Assembly (NCBI RefSeq): GCF_006345805.1
Contig: NC_043010.1
Span: forward strand, 58,714,001 to 58,778,000
From: Octopus sinensis
Lineage: Eukaryota
Direction of reading: 5' to 3'
DNA: 64,000 bases
The notes under the pieces were generated by a model. It was not told the origin of the DNA. It ran no database searches and worked only from the letters and a program-made list of their open reading frames with translations. Positions within the stretch are counted from its first letter, which is position 1; each line of letters begins with the position of its first letter. A program made the position numbers and the translations under genes. This document shows positions 54,157 to 64,000 of the stretch, piece by piece.

Positions 54157-54219
54157 TAATAACTGATGAGATGCCGGAGCAGACTTCAGCTCCCCCATCC
54201 AAAACTCTGAGTTTTATTA
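54157..54219 (+). ncRNA. Degenerate inverted copy of the 53913-53975 hammerhead (G12 to A)
   Basis: CUGAUGA at 54163-54169 and a 6-bp stem I (taataa/ttatta), but AAAA replaces GAAA at 54201 and the outer stem II is disrupted. Confidence 0.65.
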
Positions 54220-54240
54220 TGACAAACAACTAATTGTCAC

Positions 54241-54291
<51 letters not shown>

Positions 54292-54648
54292 GTATATGTA
54301 TTTGTGTGTCTGTGTTCATTTCCCCACCCTTGCTTGACAACCAATGTTGGTGTGTTTACTTCACTGTAACTTAGCGGTTCGGCAAAAAAGACCAATAGAA
54401 TAAGTACTAGGCTTACAAAGAATAAGTCTTGGAGTCGATTCGTTCAACTAAAGGCTGTGCTCCTGCATGGCCACAGTCAAATGACTGAAATCATAAAAGA
54501 ATACATATATAATAAATATAAATATAGGCTCCATACACACACAAACTATAGTCATGCACAGAGTATATTTATAACATATAATCCCACACATACAATATAT
54601 TTATAAGATCTAAGCATTTACACTCACACAGAAAATATATTTCTAAAA

Positions 54649-54654
54649 ACTTAC
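54649..54654 (-). other. 5' splice donor, phase 0, after Pcdh codon 811
   Basis: Minus strand TTG|GTAAGT is a perfect consensus; 57087-54655+1 = 2433 nt = 811 codons; an in-frame stop follows 3 codons later. Confidence 0.8.
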
Positions 54655-57087
54655 CAACAAAACTGAAGGTGGCCTTCGCTCCATCGAGGACATTGACCAA
54701 TCTGTCTGAGATTCATATTGAGGATAAAAGTCACAACTTGATTCCATTAACTGGTTATCTCTGTTTGTCATTTCTGTTGAATGTCCAGTTGTATGTACCG
54801 GGGTATGTATGGGAGTATGAGCAGGAGTGTGTCCGGTAGGAGTATTCACTTTCTTTGTTTGGGTCAAGAAATGACGTTTTTCTCTCCCAGGAGGAATCGT
54901 TGTGTTGAACCCCATGCGTGACTGATGATTAATTCCATTGTTACATCGAACAATGCAGAGGGTGAGAGACACGACAACAGCCACTGAGACTACTACGGCT
55001 GATATTACGATAATAATGAGTAACGTTACATCAATCATATTATTAGACTTTGAATGAACTGTGGTCAGCGCTGGTGATGTCTTGTTACTGACGGTCAGTG
55101 TCAAAGACACTGTTACTGTGGCTGACAGAACTGGGGTGCCACTGTCTTTGACAGTTAATTTCAGGTCATATGATCCGGCATCATTTTGGTAAACAGTCCG
55201 TGAATAAGACAAAACCCCCGTGAAGGAATCTATCTGAAACAACTGTCTGTCATTTCCACCAAATATTTTGTATTTCAAGAAAGAATTCATATGACTGTCC
55301 CTGTCTGAAGCTCTTAGAACTGTGATATCATTCTTGCTCTGCGGATGATAGTGGACATCAAGAGTGAAAGGGTCAACACTAGGAAATGTAAAATAAGGGG
55401 CATTATCGTTCTCATCAAGGATCTCCACAAGTACATTAGCCGTATTGTTTAAGGAAGGTTGCCCGTTGTCTTTAACAAATACTTGGAATTGGTATTTTTC
55501 ACGTTTTTCACGGTCTAGTGTCATTGTAGTTGAGATGAAACCGTAATCGGTGATCTGGAATGGTATAATCACTCTGTTATTACTCAATAAAGAATAAGAC
55601 AGTTTCCCTCCATTTTCTAAATCTTGATCTGTCACATTGATGTAACCAATCGGAAAATTTGGTTTACCATTCTCATAGGTCAGAAATTTAAATGTTTCTT
55701 TCGTAAACTGTGGTTGAACATCATTGACGTCCATCACTTGAATGAAGAATTTTCTCTCTGTTTTCATCGATGGAGATCCTTTATCTTCACATGAAATACT
55801 GATGTCATAGTGGTCCCTAGTTTCTCTGTCCACTGGTTTCTTTAACGTAATTTTATATTCTTTTGATCCTAAATCTAAAAGAAGGAACTTATCGTGGTGT
55901 AGGCTACATTCCACCTCACCATTCTGTCCAACATCATTGTCAATAACACTGACATAAGCTATGAAACTGCCGACTTTGATCCCTTCAGAAATGGCTGCAG
56001 TGTTCTCTCTCAACTCAGTGACGAAATTAATGTCTATCTTAGGGACAGTATTTTGTTGGTTTATTACATTTATTAAAACCATTGCTGTGGAACTTGACGA
56101 AGGATTGCCTCCATCTTTTGCTTCAACAAACAACTTGTAGGTCTGTTTTTGTTCGGAATTAAATTTTTTCTGAGTGAAAATTTCACCTGTCGCTTCATTC
56201 AGTTTAAAATAAGATTTGGCAATGTCAGAGGTCGCAGAACTAATGTGATATGTAACTCGACCGTTTTCCCCTGAGTCCAAGTCACTGGCTGATAAAGTTG
56301 TGATTGGTATGAACCTTCCGTGTGTGTTCCGAATGGAGATGTTATAAATACTTTGACTAAACTGAGGCAGATTATCGTTTTCATCTGTCACAGTTATTTC
56401 AATATTCAGCACCCCTTGTTTTGGTGAAGGTCCTCCATCACTCGCAATAACCTGAAGACTGTAACTGTCTTTCAATTCTCTGTCCAGTTTCTCATCAAGT
56501 ATTATGGCAAGTTTAGAAATCCCGGTGATTATTTTCGTCACAGATAACTTGAATGGTTCGTTAAATTTTTTCTTCAGCAGATAGGTGACCTTCGAGTTTT
56601 CAACTCCAACGTCTCCATCCACAGCATTCTCGATTGACCTCTTCACACCTTTTCCATCATCCTCTGAAAACTGAATATTAATCTTTTTCACAGAAAACTC
56701 CGGCTGATGGTCGTTGATATCTTTAATAATTACTTTCAGTTTTAAAATCTTCAAAAATGTTTCTGCTTTATGAATGGCAATTTTTAAAATTCTAAAGCAT
56801 TCCACATTGTATTTGCACAGTTTCTCTGCATCTAATTTCTGTGATGTGTACAGCTCTCCTCTTTTAGAAACATTGAATAACTGTGAGAGTCTGTCTTTTT
56901 TCTGTGCAAGCTGATTAAACGTTATGAGTCGATGGTGTTCCGGTAAGATGGCATCCAGTAAATGGGAGTCAGCAGCAATGTTACCAATATAAGTTCCAGG
57001 ATTCTTTTCTTCTTCCACATGGTAAGTGAGGTCCACACAATGGCAGCTGAAGAGAGTCAGCAGGAGAAGAAGCAAAACAATCAACAT
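54655..57087 (-). CDS. Pcdh: Protocadherin, main coding exon (signal peptide, EC1-EC6, TM, proximal cytoplasmic tail). The ORF reads through the donor to a TAG at 54643-54645 (814 aa); 811 codons if spliced.
   Basis: Hydrophobic N-terminus MLIVLLLLLLTLFSCHC. Protocadherin EC1 C-x5-C motif (LCKYNVEC). Cadherin motifs DINDHQP, LDRE, DENDNLP, VDRE, DVNDVQP, LDRE, DENDNAP. TM segment VTLLIIIVISAVVVSVAVVVSLTLCIV at about 54950-55030. No stops or frameshifts. Paralogue identity cannot be assigned. Confidence 0.96.
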
Positions 57088-57130
57088 CGTTTCTCAGTTG
57101 TAGCACCAAAACTTAGCAATTTAGATGAAC

Positions 57131-57152
57131 CTGAAATAGAAATATAAAAAAA
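57131..57152 (-). other. 3' splice acceptor of the Pcdh main exon (43 nt of 5' UTR before the ATG)
   Basis: Minus strand reads ttttttatatttctatttCAG|gttcatc; CAG at 57133-57131, ATG at 57087. Confidence 0.8.
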
Positions 57153-58707
57153 GGAATAGGCTTTGAATAAAATTCATAAATATATTCTACTATTTTAACA
57201 AAAGTGAAAACAATTTAAATGATTGATATTCTGTATTTTACGATGGGTCATAGTTTATCCAACATGACCACCAACGGGGAAATATTATTGGATTCACACT
57301 GTATTGTAACAACAAATTAGCAAGGAGGGACTACATAGAAAAAAAACTAGAATCTGTTTAGAGTGTAAAATAACTGGTGACTTTGTGCTCTTGGTAAGTA
57401 AGGGTTTTCTCATAGAACACAAATGTTATCTACTCATTTATAAGGACATCGTTAACATTAGCTACGGTTGCTTAATTAATGTTATACCTGGAACATCCAT
57501 TTAAGGAAACAGCCCACCTGTCTACGCTTGAATTAGCACCAGGTCCACTGGAACATGAGTGCTTCACAATGAAAACTTTTGTGTAGAGAAATGACAACAA
57601 CGGCAGGTGGTCCTGTAATCTATTGATGTATGATGCTGCCCCTAGGCAGGGCCATCTCAAGGTACCAGCAACTTGGGCAGTCACCCGGGGTGCCAAGGAG
57701 GGTGTGACAAAGACAAGGAAATTTCCACAACTGTCAGCTTGTACACACTGATGTTCAGCTTTTCCGTGGCACCTGCAACCCTAGGGCTGACCCTAGTCCT
57801 AGGTATCTACCCTGATCAAACATTTGATGTACCCTTTTCTAAGACAAGGTGTGATTTGAGGGAGAACTGACTACTATATCTAATAGGTACATACTCCTTT
57901 GTTATTTATTTTCTCGATGGTGGGTGTATTTCGCAGTTTCTGTCTTCTATATTTCACTGAAAAGACTTGGTCTGACCCAGATATACTTAGAAATAGTCAC
58001 ATTACACCGCCATACCCTGGGATAGAACTCAGAACTCTATGATTACAAACGAGATGTCATAACCATCACACAGCCTGCACCACTGCCATCACAGAATTAC
58101 AAAGCTGCGATGTAGCATGGCTTCCTATTTGGCAGACAAAGCCAGGCTGCCAGGCTGCCACGACAGATTGACAATAGAGATTGGAGAAAACTTAGAGAAA
58201 TCAAAGATAAAACCCAAAATTACTCGAGAAAGAGAGAAAAAAACGATTTCATCAAACCAAAATTAACAATAAAGTTAGCAATAAAGTTAGCACTGACATC
58301 AACAATAACATCATCAACAAGACATTAGCAACAATAAGTCGTTAACAAGGAGATTTTTAACAATGAAAGAGTAACAATGAGATTTGTTTAAGAAATGAGA
58401 GGGGGGAGGGGGATGGCGGGGGTGGAAGTGAGGGGGTTAAATAAATATTTGTCAAATCTGAATAATATAGGAAAATAATGGAAATATCAACAGAGACACA
58501 TGATTAAATGTGGAGACACACTCATACACACAAATGTATAGAGGCAGGCATGCAATTATAAACACATACACACAGACAGACAAGAATGCATACGTATGTA
58601 TATATACATGTACATTTACACATACACACAAGCATACATACATACACACATACTTAGACAGATAGAGAGAGAGAGAGACAGACAGAGACAGATAGACAGA
58701 CAGACAG

Positions 58708-58740
<33 letters not shown>

Positions 58741-59389
58741 GAAACAGATAGACAGACAGACAGATAGAGAGAGAGATAGACAGAGATAGAGAGAGAGAGA
58801 TAGACAGACAAACAGACAGAGAGATATATAGAGAAAGAGAGACACACAGACAGATAGATAGATAGACAGACAGACAGACAGTATAGATAGATAGATAGAC
58901 ACATACATACATACCCACATGCACACACAGATATTCACACAGACAAAAACATCCACAGATGCAAAATAATATGTACACATACAGATACAGGAATGCACAC
59001 ACACACACACACACACGTGCGCGCATGCATAATGAACTGCAAATTTGCTTTAAACCCACAAAGTGTTTATCAAAAAAGATGAGGGAGCAGAAAATGATGC
59101 TAGTGAAGAAGATCCCTCTTCCTAAGAAGATTTAAACCCATTTTGGCCTCAGATGTGAAATGAAAGTTTAGGGTTTGATTGGAATGCAACATGGCTGCAC
59201 TCGGTGGATCAGCTGCACCATGGCAACATGTTGAATAATAAAACTTGTAGGATTTATGTTGGAACTTTCACCAATTCTGTGGGCAGACTGCATAATGCGA
59301 AGGCACCAAGAAGCCATGAAAAGGGATCGTGTTCAGCTGCTGAGATGGAATATTGATTGCTTGTAGAAAGTGAGTCACTTCTACACATC

Positions 59390-59785
59390 TTTTTGTCTTT
59401 TGACTTGTTTCGGCTATTAGTCAGTGGCCATGCTGGGGCACTGTCTTCAACAATTTCAGTTGAATAAATTGACCACAGCACTTTTTTTAAGCCTATTGCT
59501 TATTTTATTGGCCTCATTTGCTGAAATGCTAAGTTATGGGAACATAAACACACCAACACTGGTTGTCAAGCGGAGGGTGCAAGGGGTGACAAACAAACAC
59601 ACACACACACACACATCTATAAATGATAGGTTTCTTTCAGTTTTCATCTATGAAATCCACTCACAAGACTTTGGTTGGCCTGGGGCTATAGTGAAGAGCA
59701 CTTGCCCCAGGGGACACACCGTGGGACTGAACCCAGAATCATGTGGTTGGAAAGCAAACTTCTTCCCACACAGCCACACTATCAC
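59390..59785 (-). mobile_element. SINE family B
   Basis: Reverse-complement family consensus. Confidence 0.8.
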
Positions 59786-60039
59786 CCATATGTTTCTAAA
59801 AAAACTATGGAAGGCCAGAGGGACATACCAAACTGACTTGCCGTAGCATGAGCAATCTTGGTGCGCAAGAATGAAAGCATGGTGTTTGTGGAGAACCGTA
59901 GGACCATAGCCTGCCTTAACATTATGTAAGCTACATGGCCCAATTCCTCCTAGACCATTATGGGACTAATGATGTAATTAGTGATTAACTTGGAGGTGGA
60001 AGTGGGGGGGAGGGTTCCCAGACCATTTTTGGTAAAGCT

Positions 60040-60560
60040 GAGGTAAGGAAACACCATGGAACTCTTGGCAACATGGCTTGATTATAGAAAGGCATTTAAT
60101 TTTATTCCCCATTCACGTTCACTAAAGTCCTTACAAATTACAAAAGAGCCTCATGTCTTAAATGCTGCCCTCAAAAGCCTCATGAAAACCTGCTCCATAA
60201 TCCTCACCCTTGTAACTGGAATCAAAACAACCGTCTCTGATGTTATAATTATTTCAACAGGAATATTCCAAGGTGACATTCTGTTTCTGCCTTTGCTTAT
60301 TTTGGTTCTAAATCCACAATCATTTCTTCCATGAAAACCCACTGGTTATGTTCTAGGGTCCACAACTGTAAGATTCACCAATGGAAGCAATAATTTCTTC
60401 ATGGGGAGTCTAAATATCTACTCTCGAAATATTTTCAATGCTGAAAAACAGCTGGATTTAATCACATCTGTTTCCACCAATATAGGAAAGGAATTTGGCC
60501 AAAAGAAATATTCCTATGCCAAAACTGAACATGAAAAGACTACTCGCCAAGCGTTTGCCT
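60040..60560 (+). mobile_element. R4/Dong-like LINE RT fragment
   Basis: WLDYRKAFNFIPHS, GIFQGDILFLPLLILVLNP and IGKEFGQKKY match RT subdomains; the catalytic DD is degraded. Confidence 0.72.
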
Positions 60561-60993
60561 CAATGGTCTCTCTGCAAATGCTAAGGTATGGATAAAATTA
60601 TATCTGATAAGGGTGCTGCCAACAAGAACATAAGACAAGACGAAAAGAAGGTATGAGAGTCAGAGCTGTTCTCTCCTAACTTGACAATATCCCACAATGC
60701 CTTTGCAATATGAGTGCCAGGATTTGAGGAAGTTGAAAGTGGCTGTCAAGAAGTGGGTATATCATTTCATACTTGAAGTTTTGTGAAAAACATTTCAGAG
60801 TGCAGTTCAACGATGGCACAGATGCATCTTTTAACTTGAAGAATAAGTTGTATCAGTGGTTTGTGGAAAGGAAGAGTAGATACTCTCTCAACATGTCGAA
60901 TTTCAATGAGTTGTGTCAGTTATTAAATAAGTGATGCCCACTTTTGTGATGCAAGACAAACCTCATAGAATCTGTAAGTGTAAGAGTAAAATT

Positions 60994-61027
<34 letters not shown>

Positions 61028-61103
61028 GCATGTATAAGTATGTGGAATGTATAGGGCACACTATTATATATTTTCTACAAAATTATATATACATACACAC
61101 ATA

Positions 61104-61134
<31 letters not shown>

Positions 61135-61235
61135 TATACATTTATATATGTACATACATATGTGTATATATATATTTATACATCTATATACATATATACA
61201 TACATATACATATATATACATATATATATGTATGA

Positions 61236-61266
<31 letters not shown>

Positions 61267-61707
61267 TATGTGAATATACATACACACACACACATATATA
61301 TACACACACATACACATATATATACACACACACATATATAAATATGCTGTTGAGCTGTCTGGTTGTATATGTGCACACACACACACACACACATATGCAT
61401 ATATAATTATACACCGTTATATATTTTCTACACCATTAAATCTGTATGTGTGTGTATATATAGACACAGCTAAAATATGTACATGCCTGTATATATAAGT
61501 TAATATATATAACACTACAGTATTATATGCACACACGCCATACTTATTACTGCCATTGAGCATCAACATTTAAATGTGTCCAACTGATATGTCTGTTGAA
61601 GGGGTTAGGGTTCACCGCTAAATTACCAGCAAGAAAGGAACACATTAGGGTCTCTAACACCAACCAGGAAATCACACTCCTCCCCCACCGCCACTGCCGT
61701 CACGTAC

Positions 61708-62159
61708 CATTTTTTTGTCTTTTCTTTAAGAAGATTTGATGAAATCAATAAGGTGTTAGATTTAGCTGCTAGCAAAACTGGAACTGCTCAAAGTACAAAG
61801 AAATATCGAAGAAGGGGAGAGGAAGGGGAGAGGAAGGGGAGAGCGGAAGTAAGGGACCAGCGTTTGTGGGTCGTCAGCGTGATGACAGTTTAACGGTCTC
61901 TACTCAGTCAAAGATAATCTTTGGTAAAATCCAGCTGCCAAAATCACTTGCACAGTGTTTCATGTTGCAGCAAACTGTGCGAGTGCACTTGGATCTGATT
62001 GAAGTTGTGTCAGTCAAAGAAGCGATTAAAAGACTTTAGCAGCAATAACAACAACAACCACAACAACAGTGGTGCCAGTCGGAGATGTAACAAAGTATAT
62101 TTTTACTGTGGAGAACACGAAGAATGTGAGAATGGTGGAATCTGTGATGGATATTTATA
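61708..62159 (-). promoter_or_regulatory. Candidate TATA promoter and non-coding exon 1 of the protocadherin
   Basis: TATAAATA at 62159-62152; pyrimidine-rich Inr-like CCATTCT/TCACATT 26-34 nt downstream; about 420 nt of unique sequence ending in ATG|GTACGT (donor-like, 61707). The 57131 acceptor requires some upstream exon. Confidence 0.3.
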
Positions 62160-62359
62160 CAATTCTCACTGAATATCAATGTCCATTTTGACAAGGTAGT
62201 GAGTGGGTCTACCAAAAATAGCCATCATCAATCTGGTGCTGTGGTGTGTGCTAAGTGTGAGAGAACAGTGGGGCTGGTGAAGCACCACAAAACTGCAGAG
62301 GCAATAGGGTTTCAATTCCAGTATTCAGCTGCTATACTGAGTCTCTCGCTTTCTACCCA

Positions 62360-62400
<41 letters not shown>

Positions 62401-62451
62401 CATACATACATACATACATACATACATACATACATACATACATACATACCC

Positions 62452-62492
<41 letters not shown>

Positions 62493-62579
62493 TACATACA
62501 TACACACACACATATATATATAGATATACATATATATATACATACATACATACATGCATACATACATACATATTTGTAA

Positions 62580-62745
62580 TTTACAGAACAACAGAAGATG
62601 AAGACAGGTGTATTAGTTTAACAAACAGGAAGGTGAGAAAGTCTTTTACATTTCGAGCCTACGCTCTTCAACGGAAAGGAACATGAGGAAATAAACAGAG
62701 AGAGAATAAAAAGAACTTTTGGGGCTAGCGATCAATCATCACAGC
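62580..62745. mobile_element. Third copy of the 5454-6050 repeat family (HHR-like motif on the minus strand, 62642-62678)
   Basis: Shares gatgaagacaggtg, gtattagttta and gtcttttacatttcgagcctacgctcttc with the 5.5-6 kb copies. Confidence 0.6.
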
Positions 62746-62792
62746 TATATACATATATATATGTGTGTGTGTGTGTTTGTGTATGTATGTAT

Positions 62793-62850
<58 letters not shown>

Positions 62851-62960
62851 CATACACACACACATATATATATATATATATACACTTTATATACACATTA
62901 TATATATACAATTTATATACACATCTTATATATATATATACAATTTATATACACATTATA

Positions 62961-63004
<44 letters not shown>

Positions 63005-63547
63005 GGCGAAAGAAAGAATATAGTGAGTTAACCTGCTCTAACACCTGTGCGCAGTACATCTGAATATTGGTATTTCTGGTAGTGATGGAGACCAGCTGAG
63101 CCCATTGGGAGAATCAAAGCAAAGAGGGGGTGGGAGGAGGGGGAAGGTGTTGTTGCTAGCAGCAGCAGCAGTGGTGGTGGTGATGGTGGTGATGATGTTA
63201 AGCCTGGTTATGGTAACCATGCTGATGATGATAACAGCAGTGTTGATGGTGATGATGATGGTCATACTCATGATGATGATGATGATGCTATACAGAATTT
63301 TGTGTATTTGTGTGTGTATGTACATGTATGTATGTGTGTACATGTATGTTTCTCTGTTTTAGATAAAAGACAAATAATTACACATTCATTAACACATGGT
63401 CAGAAATATACACATCTACTAAATTATTCATGTTATACACACATAACTGCATGTTTCTATACACATGTACACTTATGCCTCTGTGTATATACATATATAT
63501 ATAAATATATGTGTGTGTGTGTGAGAGAGAGTATGCATATATATATA

Positions 63548-63588
<41 letters not shown>

Positions 63589-64000
63589 TACATGTATATA
63601 TTTATATATAATATATATCATATATATGAACACAGAAGTGTGTGTATATAAAATATATTTATGTGTGTGTGCATACATACACATATAACACTATACATAT
63701 TTGATGGGTTCACAACAAGGGACAACATACAAGTGTTTCCTCGTTAACAAATGATAACAAGACATGCAACGAGCATTTGCTGACAGATGTTTAATTAACA
63801 ACAATGAGAGATCATCTACTAATATAGCTGACAAACACTGTAATGAGATGCTGTAATAGATACAGAAATCTCAGGTAAGAGCACAGGTGAGAGAACACAG
63901 GTGAAATATGTGATTGGCTAAAATTGTAGGAAACTGTATTAAATGATTGATGATTGATGATGCATGACTGGTTAAATGTTGTTGTCACCATCATCATCAT

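Larger units (their letters stand above)
53612..54500 (+). mobile_element. SINE family B split by the HHR-bearing inverted-repeat element inserted in its internal (TA)n
   Basis: Head at 53612-53774 and tail at 54303-54500; these parts are nearly adjacent in the 30172 copy. Confidence 0.8.

Noticed and set aside
61680-61880. CGCT words and a GGCAGTGGCGG run recalling vertebrate Pcdh CSE/CTCF sites
   Set aside because: Matches are too short or partial to exceed chance.
63870-63880. Plus-strand CAG|GTAAGA donor (also AAG|GTAGT at 62196 and TTG|GTAAGT near 57392)
   Set aside because: No associated acceptor or ORF; isolated donors are expected by chance.

Overview
AT-rich, microsatellite-dense eukaryotic DNA. 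It is most consistent with a coleoid cephalopod (Octopus-like) genome; this is inferred from the protocadherin type and the repeat landscape, and no database search was run. There is one clear host gene: a minus-strand protocadherin whose signal peptide, six cadherin repeats, TM helix and proximal cytoplasmic tail lie in one 2476-bp exon (57130-54655) bounded by a canonical acceptor and a phase-0 GTAAGT donor. A candidate non-coding first exon/TATA promoter (about 61.7-62.2 kb) and a candidate terminal exon (48538 downward) are proposed with low confidence. The rest is simple repeats and transposon debris: RTE, CR1-like, R4/Dong-like and HERO-like LINE fragments, a Penelope-like (PLE) RT remnant, Tc1/mariner and maT remnants, a piggyBac-type MITE and two tRNA-headed SINE families. 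The most notable signal is a set of hammerhead-ribozyme (HHR) motifs from several unrelated sequence families. Three have canonical cores (29792-29910 -, 33920-34046 +, 53913-53975 -). The last lies in the sense strand of the protocadherin intron about 680 nt past the splice donor and is preceded by its own antisense copy. No tRNA, rRNA or CRISPR array is supported. All alignments and folds were done by eye; exon models and ribozyme activity are unverified.
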